DNA of 64,000 nucleotides from Chiloscyllium plagiosum. Lineage: Eukaryota. The stretch lies in NCBI RefSeq assembly GCF_004010195.1, contig NC_057739.1:45514176-45578175 (forward strand), read 5' to 3'. Below the pieces are notes generated by a model. It saw only the letters and a program-made list of their open reading frames with translations. It did not search any database and was not told the DNA's origin. Numbering within the stretch: the first letter of the stretch is position 1; each line of letters starts with the position of its first letter. Shown here in pieces: positions 50,701 through 63,900 of the stretch. The position numbers and the translations under genes are program-made.

Positions 50701-53700
50701 GTTGGAACTACTAAGAAATTTCCCTACTCTTCACCGCCAGAAAGACAATTGCACAAGTCCTCCCTCGCCACCTCCTCCCTGTCTCTGAAGAAATCCTTTC
50801 GGAAAGCTAGTATGGCTTCCAACCAAACATGGAACTATGAACATGACTTCCACTGTTCAGCAACTCCAAGAGAAATGCCAGGAACAGCACCAACCACTTT
50901 ACATTGAGTGAAAAGCCTTGATCAAATCAGTCACTCAGGAAGTGCTATGGAAGACCCTCTCAAAGCCTCGCTGTCCAGAGAAATTATTAACATCCTTTGT
51001 CTCCTCCATGATGAGATGTCAGCGAAGGTCCTTATTGACGGTTCTGACAGAAAGCTTTGAGGTCAAGACAGGATTCAAGCAGGAATGTGATAATGCGATC
51101 ATCCTTCTCTTCATCTTGTCAAGAAAAGGTTTTCCAATGGTGTGAACACTATCTGCAGGATGGACAGAAAATGTCTCAACCTCAGCTGATTGAAATCCAA
51201 GAAGAAAACAACACTGACGTCAGTTGTGGAACTTCAGTATGTGGATGACATCGCCGCACAATGGGAAAACAATCTTCAAACCTCACTCAACACTTTTGTG
51301 GAAGATACTGAAGAACTAGTCTCAGTCTTAACCTTGAATCCTTTACAAACTTGTCTCAGGGCAAGTTCAGGTCTATTCTTTCATTAAAAATCAATGGAGA
51401 AATCCTTCCAATTGTGGAACATTTCCCCTACTTGGGGGAAATCATCTCTCATCTAAGGCTGATATTGATGTGGAGATTTAACACTGCCTCCAGTCTGTGA
51501 ATGTTGCTTTGGATGCCTGTGGCTGAGAATCTTCAACAACTGCAACATCAGTACTGATACTAAAGACCTTGTGTATAACATAGTTGTCCTTCCAACTCTT
51601 CTAAATGGCTCAAAAAAATAGACACCATCTCGATGCCCTGGAGAAGTATTATCAACACTATTTGAGATGGATTCTCCGTATCAGCTGGAAAGCCAGTATC
51701 TTTGAAGAATCCAGTAGTACTAGCATCAATACTGTAATCATTAGAAACCTACTTTCCTGGTTCCAGCCACATTTTTAGGATGTCTAAACTCTGACTGCTA
51801 TAGCAAAATTTCTTTGCCCAGCTCAAGAAGGCACTCAAACAGAGGAGGATAAAGGAAACTTACCTCAAGTAATCCAACAAAGACATGAATACCCGGAAGA
51901 TACCCGCTCAGAAGAAACTGGCTTGGAGGGTTTTCCTGTCTGAAGGGACACAATTCTTCAAGAATACAATTGGCAAGATGGGGTACAGAAAGGAGCCTGG
52001 AAAGGGATGCTAACAATCTTGGGTCCAAGGACCAATCCCACTTCCTGACACATGTGCAAGCATTCAATTGGAGCTGTGGCTCTAGGATTGGGCTCATTAG
52101 CCATGCGAGCACACCTTGAACCCATAACCAGTGATATGGATGTTCCTAGGTGGACAAGCATACTCATAATTATAGTGAGTGGTTTGCCAACAGCATCTTT
52201 ACTCTCAGGCTTTTTTTCCATGTACATACTTTAGGTAGTTTCTTCTTGATCCCTAATTTTCCTTCCTGTTTGTAATATATTGATACAAAGGGAATAAATA
52301 ATGTCTGCCTCATGATCTTTGGGGCTTTTCAAATCTTAATGTTACATGTCTAGCACAGTCGACAGGATTCTATAGCACAGGCATCAGTTCATGGCGATTG
52401 AGATTGAAAAGTATCTGGCCAAGCTGGAGCGGACGGTGGAGTTGTTGAAACTGACACTTTCCACGAGGGAGGCCAAAGCTGCTCTGTAATTACTGGAGGC
52501 TCGGAAATTAGCGAAGGAAATCGGGACTTTATGCTAAGCCCAGGCAGAGGATTCCATATATGTTCCCTTGGCACTATGGTTATGGAGGAAGGGAGTGGAT
52601 TGGATATTCTACTTGCTGGAAAGTGGGAAGCTAGACAGATTTGGGGAAAGACAGGATACAACCAATTATCCTATGATTGAAAACTGGATGAGGATTCACA
52701 GCCAATGTGGCATCCGAGGCCTCAGTGTGAGTAAGCAGGAGGCATTTGTTATGGAATATCTGTGTGGAAAAGCGCATTAGGAAATTCTGGAAAAAGATAC
52801 AGTAATTTAACTGGTTAAGATCTACATTTAATGCAAGACCTCTATTTTCCCAGAACCTACTGACAATATTTTGAGGAAGAAAATCTTAAACTCACAATAT
52901 AGTTGCCTTACTAAAGGATCTTGTGGTATAATGGTTGTCGCCCTACTTCTGGTCCAGAAGGTCTGCGTTCAAGTAAAACTTGCCATGGATGCGTGTCATA
53001 ACAAGTCTGAATAGATTGATTAAAATAACTGATTGTCTACCTGCTCATCAAATTAAAACATTGACCATTCAGCAGCCTCTAGCGGTTTCTTCCCATTCTG
53101 CAGTTCACTCACACACCACACCTTAGTCAGACTAACCACACACTGTGCACCCAAATGCTCTCTTCGTTCTTTTAAGACATTGGTTAAAACCTGTCCACTT
53201 AAGCAAGCATTTGATCGGCATCCTGATATTTCCTTTTGCGAGCTTGGTGTCAGATTTTGTTTGATTGCTTCAGTGAGTTGCCTTTGGGTTATTGCTACAT
53301 TAAGAGAACAATTTAAACATGTTGATGCTGTTCTTTATTTTGGGCTTCCCCCTCCTGGATGAGTCTGACTTTCCACTGTTTGTGTGAAATGTAACGCCAA
53401 CATAGGAGAGCATAGGTTGGTAAGTTTGCAGATGACACCAAAATAGGTGGTGTAATGAACAATAAAGAGTATTTCTCAGAGTACAGTGGGACCTTGATCA
53501 GATGAGCTGGTGGGCTGATGAGTGGCAGCTGAGGTCACACACCTCCTTCTGGAATATGCCTATGCAAAGGAATTCTGGAGAGAAATGCAGTGATGTTTGT
53601 CGAGGTTCATCCTGAGCAGCTCTGTGACGCGGGACTCCGTGCTCTATGGTCTGTTCCCCGGGATGCACACCGAGACAAACATCAACTGTGCCTGGAGGAT

Positions 53701-56700
53701 CATCAACTCGGTGAAGGACGCTCTTTGGTCTGTCCAAAACCTGTTGATCTTCCAGCTGAAGGAGTTGACCCTGACTGAGTGTTGCAGAGTGGCACATTCC
53801 AAGGTCCAGGACTACATGTTGAGGGACATGCTGAAGTTTGGGGCAGCTTTCGCCAAGGCGCAGTGGGGAAAGACCACTGTGTAAGGTCTGCCTGCCTAAG
53901 AAGAACAGGGGACCAACTCAGTAATCAGGCCCCGCTGACGCCTCAGCTAAATATCTGGATGGTCAATGTACAGACTTGTACATACGAATGATTAATTCCG
54001 AACTCTGTATGTAAAGAAATGCAATGTGTGCATAAGAGTGACTTGACCAATTGTATAGATATCAAAATAATTTTTTGCATAAAGTATATTTTTGAAATTT
54101 AAAAAAAAGTGAGGTGTGGCATGTGAGGGCATGAGTTACACAGTTAATGACAGGGCCTGGAGAGTGTTGTCAAACAAAGAGACATGGATGTGCAGGTGCA
54201 TAGTTCCTTGAAAGTGGAGTCACAGAGAGATGAGGTAGTGAAGAAGGCATTTGGCACACTTGCTTTCATTGGTTAAAATTTTAGATGTGAAAGTTGGAAT
54301 GTCATGTTGCTGCTTTACAGGACATTGGTGAGGCCACTTTTAGAATATTGGAGGCAATTCTGTCCTTCTGCTACAGGAAAGATCTTGTTAAACTTGAGAG
54401 GATGCAGGAAAGATTTACAAGGCTGTTGCTGAGTCCAGACGTTTCAGTTATATGGAAAGGCTGAATAAGCTGAGTTCTCTGAAGCATTGGAGACTGAGGA
54501 GTGACCTTATAGAAGTTTATAAAATCATAAGAGGCATGAATAGGGTGAATAGGTGAGATCTTTTTCCCAGGGTGGGGGAGTCCAAAACTAGAGGGCATGG
54601 GTTTAAGGTGAGAGGGGAAAGATCTTAAAAAGAACCTAAGGGGTTACTTTTTCACAAGGAGAGTGGTGCACGCATGGAACGAGCTGCCAGAGGAAGTGGT
54701 AGAGGTGAGTACAATTATAACATTTAAAAGGCATCTGGATTAGTATATGAATAGGGAGGGTTTAGAGGTATATGGGCCAAATTGGGACTAGGTCAGATTG
54801 TGATATCTGGTCAGAGTGGACAAATCGGACAGAAGGTCTGTTTCCGTGCTATATAATTCTATAACCCAATGTAATTCTATATTGGCTGCAATCCTTTTGA
54901 CTATATTCCATTTTTACCCATCTCCTAAAACTAGGTTGAATTTATGGATGAGGCAACTGCCAATCGTGCTGTGGAAGAAGTAAGTATGTAGCCTAAGTTG
55001 CAGGGGTCAGTGTACATGACAGGTTCAGCTATAATGCACAGAGTGTAACATCGGGGTCAAGGAAGCTTTACTCAGTGTCTATCCATGTACTATGGATAAC
55101 TAGAAGTGTGTGGGGACAATGTAGTGAGAACTTTACTCTGCATCTAACACTGTTGACCTTGAAGTGGCTGATGGGGACATTGTAGAGTGAAGAAAACAAA
55201 GAATTGTGGATGTTGAAGATCTGAAACAAATAAAATCAGAAATTGTCAGAAAAATACAGCAGCTCTGGCAGTATCTGTGGAGGTAAAACATCATCAATGT
55301 TTCAACTATAGTGACTCTTCTTCAAAACTGATAAACTGACAAGAAGGTGGTATTTTTATTGGTGACACTGACTGCGGTTGGGAATAGTTTCTTCGGGAGG
55401 TGCTGAAAAATGAGTGATAGGTGGTGATGGAATCCAGAGAAAGAGAAGGTAGGCATGCAAAGGGATTGTTAATTGCAAGCCAGAGAAGAAGAGAAGAGAA
55501 TAGGTGAAAATGAAGTTATGAGTAATTGATGACTGTGTTGAAAGGAACCCATGTCATGATGGGACCTGGGGGTGTGGGGAAAGGGTAATAGACGTCATGG
55601 GAGGTGCTCAATATTTAAAATTGTTAAACTTGATGTTGCGTCCTGAAGACTGTGTCAGGTTCTTATGCAGAAACTGAGATGGTGTTTTTCTAGGTTGTGT
55701 TGCTGAAGCACTGCAGTAAGTCTGAGACAAAAATCTTGAAATAGGAACATTGTGATGTGCTGAAGTGGCAAGGAACTGGAAGCTCAGAGTCATTTTTATG
55801 GACTGACTGAGTTTATTCTGCAAAGCAGTCACCCAGTCTGCATTTGTCTCCCCAATGTCGAGGAGACCGCACTGAACAATGAATACAGTAGATTAGGTTG
55901 TGTGAAGTGCAGGCAAATTACTGCTTCACCTGGAAGGTGTGTCTGGGACCTTAGATATTGAGGGGGTAAAGTACAGCATTGCCTGTTTCACTTCTACATT
56001 GGGGTGATAAAACACAGACTGTGTGACTACTTCACAGAACACTGATGTTCTGTCTGTAAGAATGATCCTAATTGTTTACTTCAACGCACCATCATGTTTC
56101 TATGCCATTATATCTCTCTCAGGCCTCCTGCTGTGCTCCAGCGAGGTTCAACACAAGCTGGAGGAACAACATCTCATTTTCCACTTGGGACCTTACTCAG
56201 CCTTCAGGACTCAGCATTGAGTTCAATAATTTTATAGCATGACATGGGTTGTTTTCAGCACAGCCAATCCAATTTCAACTTTTAACCCATAGTATTATCT
56301 ATCTGGCTTCTTGTCTCTGGCTAATTGTCAACAATCCCTTTGCCTCTCTCTCTGGGTTTTGCCTCCACCTATCTGTTCACTACTTTTCCTGCCCACCGCC
56401 CGCCATCAGCATATATACCACCTTTTTCTGGTTCTTATCAGTTCTGGAGAAGAGTCACTGAACTTGAAACAGTAAATCTCTTTTCTCTCACAGTTGCTGC
56501 CAAATGTGCTGAGTTTACCCAGCAATTCTATTTTTGTTTCTTACAGTGTAGAGTAAACTTTACTCTAGATCAATCTATACTGTCCCTTTCTGGGAGTGGT
56601 TGATGGGGACAATGCAGAGGCACCTTGAAAAGATGGCCCAGAGGCCAGTGTCCTATCACCAAGTCACAGTTTATTTACACATGCTTAGTACATGGACTCT

Positions 56701-59700
56701 GACCAGCCAGCTCAGAGCTAGTCCGTAGAGGGAGGAAACTCTGAATCTCCTGTTTATATCTGTTGGCCAGGGCTCCCAGATTGGGACTGTTAACTTGGGC
56801 TAATCAAGGGTCTCAAACTGTGCGAGATCTGCTGGCCCTCTTTCCAATCACTACATTTCACCTCCACTGCCAGTCTGGGATGTATCTTCTCCTGGAATGT
56901 TTTGCCCCAGGTCCGCTTCCTGTGATTGTGATTTGGACACAGTGGTGTGTACCAGACTGTAGCCTGTCTCCTGTGCCTAGAGTGTATAGGGAGAGATTCC
57001 TCCTCTTCTTCAGGCAGTAACTGTATGGAGGTTGCATCAATTTTGGACTATGAGGTTACTTCAACAGTAGATAGAGGGGAACAACACATGGTTTCTGACA
57101 GCCTTTTTGGCTGTTGTGAAGGAGAAGATAGATTTTTCTCCTGCCCAGTTTGTGAGGTAGCAGTTTTCATGTGATCCACATATTTATTTAAGATCGCATT
57201 GCCGATCGGACTTTTTTTGTCATGGGATATGACCTCGCACCAACCTTGCCTTGTACCCATTTCTATGGTTTCGACACCAGAATTTGTCCCCTGAAATAAA
57301 CTGTCTCTCTTGCTTAGAGGAGGCATGTGGCCGGCATTGGGGGGGGGGGGGGGGGCATTCCTGTTGCTGTTCCAACTCCTCCCCGAGTCCATGAACATCA
57401 GGTTTCACCTGGTATGGTGGTCTTCTTCCCATCTGCAATTCTGAAGCTATCCCTGTAGTTGCGTGAGGGATGGTCCTATAATTGAACAGGAACCAGGATA
57501 GTTTGATATTGAGTGAAGCTGTAGACTTTCTTTAAACCTGCCTTCAACGTTTGGACTGCTGTTTCCACCATTGGATAATGAATGGTATGGAAGTATCTGA
57601 AATGCTGAATAACATTTGACTTTGGGAAATACTCAAAATCCCTGGTAATAAATGATGTCCTATTGACCCTGAACAATACTTCTGGGAGTCTCTGTATTGC
57701 AAATGATACTCACAGTTTAGTAGTCATCTCTGATTTTGCTCAATGAACTCTGTGTAAGCCCAAACATTTTGAATGGGCATCCACAATGACCAAGAAAATT
57801 GAACCCATGAAAGGACCAACATAGTCAACATGTAACAGAGTCCGGGGTTTACCTGGCCATTCCCACAAATGTGGGGGAGCTGCTGGTGGTAATCTTTATC
57901 CTCGTTGGCACTCTGGGCACTGCCCCACCAATGCAGCTATGTCAGCATCTAGTCCTGGTCACCAGGCATAACTTCTTGTCAGCATTTTCATTTTGGAAAC
58001 CTGATGAACCTGTGGAGTTCAGCCACTATCTGGCAGCAACCTTTACACAGGATGTCACTCTTGTTCACCATAATATGCCACTCTCTGTGGTGAGGCTATC
58101 CACTTCCACTGGGATGTCCTGTAGTTCTCATGGTCTGCCTGCCATATTTTCTACGACAAAGCCAGTTGTAGTGCCTGTTTGAAGTCCAGTTGGGCTTCAG
58201 CTAGTAGGCACTTTTGCATGGTTACATCATTAATACCAAATACCAAACTGTCTCTCAGCATCTCACTCAGGGTTAACCCAAAGTCACATGCCTCTGTCAG
58301 TCTTCTTAAACCCATCAAAAATCCTGATATGGATTCCATTGATTCTTGAATAAAAGCAGTAGCATCTCAGAATTAGGGGAGGCTTGGAGTCGTAAAATAT
58401 TATAGCTATACGAGTCAACTCTTAGTATCTGGTGCCTCTGGGAAAGTTAGGTTCCTAATAACCGAAAATGCTGTGGATCCGCAAGCAGTCAGAAGGATTG
58501 CTCAACTCAAAGACTGTTGTTGTGAACAAATTTTCTTTGTGAGCATGCTGTTTTCCCTCATTGTCACTGAAATAACTGTCCGGAGGCTGATATCCTGTCA
58601 CCAAGTCACCCTTTATTTAGTAGTTGACACTGACCCAACTAGCACTGAGCCAGCTCCTAGAGTGAGCAGAACTCCTGACACTCCTGTTTATATCTGTCAG
58701 CCAGGGCTCCCTAGTTAACCCAGGTTAACAGCCCCAGTGAGGGATCTCCTATTCAACGAGACCTATCTGATCCCCATTCCAATCACTACAGAGCTTCACT
58801 CTGTTGGGGAACTTTACTTTCAGTTTAAAAGAGTAGAGGGATCTTTACTCTGGGGTGTAGAATGGTTTTGAAAGTAATGATTCTGCTTTATTCTATTCCT
58901 GCACTCGTGCCTCAGTTTGAGAGATGAGCAGTGACAATGGTGCATGTGTCAAAGGAAGCCATTTTTAGCATAATGGTTGTGTACATTGGTGGCTTTATGT
59001 CAATGACATGTCATCCTATGTTAATTTGTCATCTTTTCTTTTCATAGGCAATGATCATGTTAAAACTGGATCATCCAAATATCTGCCATTATGAGGAGAT
59101 ATTTGTTTCTTGGGATCATGAGGTATGAGGTGCAATTGCTTGACAATTCTGTGTCTGTAATCATATTCTCTTGTCCTCTCTAATCAGTTAGTGGGGTGAG
59201 CTCCTGCCTGATGAGATGTTGAATACAGTTTGCAAAGTCAGCCAGATTCTGCTGAGTAGAGTGATTTAAGCCCTGCCTTGGCTAACATGGCTAAAACTGG
59301 GTTCATCTGCTTCTGAAGCACTCACCCTGCTTTTGTCATTTTTAGATTTGACTATTTCAGTGTTCTCCTGGTCGGCATCTCAACTTACACCCTAAGTAAA
59401 CTACATTTCATCCAAACACTACAGCATTTATCTAAGTTCACATTAAATAATGTTCAGGAATCACTCCCAGTACTAGTTGATGACATTGGCTTATTTTGGA
59501 TGCAGGAATTTATAGTTTCAACCCAATACAGAAATCAGATCGCAGCATCCAGGCTAACACTGAATACACTTTAGGTTTCTGCTAGTTATTACGGTAATAA
59601 TAGCAGCTTAGCCTCATGCATAGTATTGTTGCCTCTGACTTCGAATCCAGAGATTTCCCACAAATTACATAGCAATGGTGATGAATGGTGCTCTGTCAGA

Positions 59701-60611
59701 GGGCCAGTTGTAACAGGATGTCACACTGTCTGAAAATCAATACTGAAGGAGCACTATAATGTCAGAAAAGCAGTGCTGAGGGATTGCTGCTTAGTTGGAG
59801 AAGCAGTATGAATGAGCACCATACTGCCAGAGAGGTAGTACTGAGGGAGTGCTGAACTAACAGAGAAGCAGTATTGAGCAAGTGTTGTACTGTTGGAGGA
59901 CCAATACTGAGGGAGTGCTGCACTGTCAGAGAGCCAGTACTGAGGAATGCTTCACTACAAAGGGTTTGTTATAGAGTCAGAGAGGCAGTAAAGAGGCATC
60001 ACTGCAGTATTGGAGGGTAAGTTCTGATGGAGTGCTGCGCTGTCAGAGGGTGAGTGCTAAGGGAGTGCTGTACTGTCAGAAAGGCAGTTCTGAGGGAGCA
60101 TTGTACTCTTAGAGTGGTATATTTCAAATGAAATATTAAACTGAGCTTCCGTTTCCCCTCTCAACTGGATGTGAAAGATCCAACAGAACGATTTTGCTGA
60201 AAAGCACAGATGTACTCCTTTGTGTCTTGGACCAATGTTTATCTCTCAACTAACATCAACATAAGTAGCAAATTTGTTCAATAATCTCATTTCTTGAGTT
60301 CTTGATATATAAAAATGTTTTTCTCTTTCTGAACATTGTAACAGCTACTGCTCAAGCAACAAATACTTCATTGTTTGTACAGTGCTTATAATGTCCTGAG
60401 GTGTGAGAGGCTGTAGATAAGTGCAAGCTTTTCCCATACTTTCAAGGTAGCTGGGATGCACTCCAGTTTTTTATCCTTCATTTTGTTGTTGCTGTTTGCT
60501 GTTCAGGTGTCAGCTGTCACAGTTTGTATGGTCATGGACTATTCTCCTGTGGGAGACCTGGCTTCAGTCATCCAGACCAAGAGACAGATGAAGGGGAAAA
60601 TCAGGGAGATG
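47652..60611 (+). CDS. STKLD1: Serine/threonine kinase-like domain-containing protein 1, 5' partial; join(47652-47666,47815-47901,54935-54979,59048-59122,60507-60611,...)
   Basis: MDNYE|IQKTEPRGSYGFVHIVKRINDGRTFAMKV|VEFMDEATANRAVEE|AMIMLKLDHPNICHYEEIFVSWDHE|VSAVTVCMVMDYSPVGDLASVIQTKRQMKGKIREM; all phase 0, GT-AG; kinase N-lobe; head-to-head with SURF4 as in amniotes. Confidence 0.85.
47815..47901 (+). CDS. STKLD1: STKLD1 coding exon 2
   Basis: Gly-loop RGSYG and FAMK; ccAG / GTAAGA. Confidence 0.88.
47925..48690. repeat. 22-25 bp two-variant minisatellite in STKLD1 intron 2
   Basis: Alternating gtatccatggtgacataatgtgt and gtatccatggtgatgtgactcat units, about 30 copies. Confidence 0.95.
48950..49435 (+). 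mobile_element. CR1 LINE 3' end
   Basis: FERVQKRFTRMLPGL...FFTQRVVRVWNELPEE; tctatgact tail. Confidence 0.92.
50700..52000 (+). mobile_element. RTE-clade LINE RT fragment
   Basis: QQLQEKCQEQH, FEVKTGFKQ, ELQYVDD motifs, heavily frameshifted. Confidence 0.75.
53390..54870 (+). mobile_element. CR1 LINE 3' part interrupted by a Tx1/L1-like 3' fragment (about 53530-54108) with A-tail
   Basis: CR1 aagtttgcagatgacacc resumes after the A-run; the insert encodes LYGLFPG...WRIINSVKDALW...WGKTTV. Confidence 0.75.
54935..54979 (+). CDS. STKLD1: STKLD1 coding exon 3
   Basis: VEFMDEATANRAVEE; ctAG / GTAAGT. Confidence 0.85.
55190..56545. mobile_element. Inverted pair of Penelope-like 3' fragments (family C)
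   Basis: GIY-YIG C-terminus LEEQHLIFHLG on + (about 56150-56190) and NLIYCIHC on - (about 55870-55900); terminal repeats face outward. Confidence 0.75.
56620..58790 (-). mobile_element. Internally deleted Gypsy LTR retrotransposon with two LTRs
   Basis: Direct repeats at about 56620-56855 and 58562-58790, both ending ccaatcactaca (TGTAGTG on -); gag LRRLTEACDFG..MLRDSLVFGI; integrase WEWPGKP..LHVDYVGPF..LVIVDAHSK. Confidence 0.85.
59048..59122 (+). CDS. STKLD1: STKLD1 coding exon 4
   Basis: AMIMLKLDHPNICHYEEIFVSWDHE; long pyrimidine tract + atAG / GTATGA. Confidence 0.9.
59600..60435 (+). mobile_element. DeuSINE-like element with an internally expanded, degenerate 33-bp array (about 59690-60115)
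   Basis: Units cagtactgagggagtgctgcactgtcagag followed by Deu-domain text ctctcaactggatgtgaaagatcc...accaatgtttatctctcaac and a SINE tail. Confidence 0.7.
60507..60611 (+). CDS. STKLD1: STKLD1 coding exon 5
   Basis: VSAVTVCMVMDYSPVGDL...; ttcAG / GTAAGA. Confidence 0.9.
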
Positions 60612-60919
60612 GTAAGATGGAAGAGGAAAGTCTTTCAACTAGCTTTTCATTTCTCTAAATACAAAGAGGCAAAGTAATAGCTGACTGCTAACTTTCAGCT
60701 GAGAATCATATGTAATTATAGCAGTAAATGATAACAGATCAACAGCCCATTTTAGGCAGGGTGTAATGTAAGCTGCTGATTTGCCGTCACCTTCTTTAAT
60801 AAAACAAAAAAGAACTGTGGATGCTGGAGATCTGAAATAAGAACTGAAATTGCTGGAGAAGTTCAACAGCCCAGCAGCATCTGTGGAAAGGAAGGAGAGA
60901 TAACGTTTGAGTCTGGTGA

Positions 60920-63900
60920 AATGCAATAAGGGGTATGTCGGGTTCCAAAAAATCGATTGTGTTAGTGGAGTCTCTAGTCCGAGGTACAGACAGACGTTTC
61001 TGTGGCCACCAGCGAAAACTCAGAATGGTGTGTTGCTTCCCTGGTACCAGGATTAAGGATGTCTCAGAGAGGGTACAGAATATTATCAAGGGAGAGAGGG
61101 GCCAGGAGGAGGTCATTGTACACATTGGAACCAATGACATAGGAAAGGAAAAGGTTGAGATTCTGAAGGGAGATTACAGTGAGTTAGGCGGGAATTTAAA
61201 AAGGAGGTCCTTGAGAGTAGTAATATCTGGATTACTCCCGGTGCTACAAGCTAGTGAGGGCAGGAATAGGAGGATAGAGCAGATTAATACATGGCTGAGG
61301 AACTGTTGTATGGAAGAAGGATTCACATTTTGGATCTTTGGAAGTTCTTTTGGGGTAGAAGTGACCTGTACAAGAAGGATGGATTGCACCTAAATTGGAA
61401 GGGGACTAATATACTGGCAGGGAGATTTGCTCGAGCTGCTCGGAGGATTTAAACTAGTAAGGAGGGCAGAGGGTGGGACCCAGGGAGATAGTGAGGAAAG
61501 AGATCAATCTGAGACTGGCACAGTTGAGAATAAAGGTGAGTCAATCAGTCAGGGCAGGCAGGGACAAAGCAGAGAACAAGGTAGGACTGATAAATTAAAC
61601 TGCATTTATTTCAGTGCAAGGCAGATAAACTCAGGGCATGGTTAGTAATGTGGGAATGGGGTATCATAGCAATTATAGAAACATTGCTCAGGGATGGACA
61701 GGACTGGCAGCTTAATGTTCCAGGATACAAATGCTACAGGAAGGAGAGAAAGGGAGGCAAGAGAGGAGGGGGAACTGGTGTTTTTGATTAGGGATAACAT
61801 TACAGCATCCAGGGAAGTTATTTGGGTGGAACTGAAAATAAGAAAGGGATGATCACATTATTGGCATTGTATTATAGATCCCCTAATAGTCAGAAGGAAA
61901 TTGAGAAACAAATTTGTAAGGAGATCTCTGTTATCTGTAAGAATAATAGGGTGGTTATGGTAGGGAATTTTAACTTTCCAAACATAGACTGGGACTGCCA
62001 TAGTGTTAAGGGTTTAGATGGAGAGGAATTTGTTAAGTGTGTACAAGAAACTTTTCTGATTCAGTATGTGGATGTACCTGCTAGAGAAGGTGCAAAACTT
62101 GACCTATTGTTGGGAAATAAGGCAGGGCAGGTGACTGTGGTGTCAGTGGGAGAGCACTTTGGGGCCAGCGACCATAATTCTATTAGTTGTAAAATAGTGA
62201 TGGAAAAGGATAGACCAGATCTAAAAGTTCTAAATTGGAGAAAGGCCAATTTTGACGGTATTAGGCAGGAACTTTCAAAAACTGATTGGGGGCAGATATT
62301 CGCGTGTAAAGGGACGGCAGGAAAATGGGAAGCCGTCAGAAATGAGATAACAAGAGTCCAGAGAAAGTATATTCCGTCAGGGTGAAAGGAAAGGCTGGTA
62401 GGTATAGGGAATGCTGGATGACTAAAGAAATTGAGAGTTGATTAAGAAAAAGAAGGAAGCATATGCAAGGTATAGACAGAATAAATCAAGTGAATCCTTA
62501 GAAGAGTATATAAAGGCAGTATATACATATAGGAGTATACTTAAGAGAGAAATCAGGAGGGCATAAAGGGGACATGAGATAGGTTTGGCAAATAGGGTTA
62601 GGGAGAATCCAAGGGGTTTTTAGAAATACATTAAGGACAAAAGGTTAGCTACGGAGAGAAGAGGGCCCCTCAAAGATCAGCAAGGCGGCCTTTGTGTGGA
62701 GCCGCAGGAGATAGGGGAGACACTAAATGAGTATTATGCATCAGTATTTATTGTGGAAAAGGGCATGGAAGATGTAGAATGTAGGGAAATAGATGAAAAA
62801 TGTCCATATTGCAGAGGAGGAAGTGCTGGATGCCTTGAAACACATAAAAGTGGATAAATCCCCAAGATCCCCTAGAACTCTGCGGGAAGCTAGGGAAGTG
62901 ATTGCTGTTCCTCTTACTGAGATATTTGTGTCATCGATAGTCACAGGTGAGGTGCCAGAAGATTGGAGATTGGCTAACATGGTGCCACTGTTTAAGAAGG
63001 GTGGTAAGGACAAGCCAGGGAACTATAGACCAGTGAGCCTGATGTCAGTGGTGGACAAGTTGTTGGGGGGAATCCTGAGGGACAGGATGGACATGTATTT
63101 GGAAAGGCAAGGACTGATTAGGGATAGTCAACATGGCTTTGTGCGTGGGAAATCATGTCTCAATCATAATCTTGGTTGAGTTTTTTGAAGAAGTAACAAA
63201 GAGGATTGATGAGGGTAGAGTGGTAGATGAGATCGATGTGGACTTCAGTAAGGTGTTCAACAAGGTTCCCCATGGGAGACTGGTTAGCAAGGTTAGATCT
63301 CATGGAATACAGGGAGAACTAGCCATTTGGATACAGAACTGGCTCAAAGGTAGAAGACAGAGGGTGGTGGTGGAGGGTTGCTTTTCAGACTGGAGGCCTG
63401 TCACCAGTGGTGTGCCACAAGAATCAGTGCTGGGTCCACTGCCCTTTGTCATTTAAAGAAATGATTTGAATGTGAACATAGGAGTTAACGTTAGCAAGAT
63501 TGTAGATGACACCTAAATTGGAGGTGTGGTGGACAGCGAAGAAGGTTACTTCAGTGTACAACAAATCTTGATCAGATGAGCTAATGTTTCGAGTCTAAGC
63601 TTTAACAAAGGGTCAGTTAGACTCGAAACGTCAGCTCTTTTCTCTCCTGACAGATGCTGCCAGACCTGCTGAGATTTTCTAGTGTTTTCTCTTTTTTTTT
63701 ATAGTTCAGAGTATTGAGTACAGGAGTTGGGAGATCATGTTGCGGCTGTACAGGATATTGGTTAGATCACTTTGGATAGTGTGTGCAATTCTGGCGTCCC
63801 TCTTATCGGAAGGATGTAGTTGAAAGGGTTCAGAAAAGATTTCCAAGGATATTGCCAGGTTTGGAGGATTTGAGTATAGGGAGTGGCTGAATAGGCTGGG

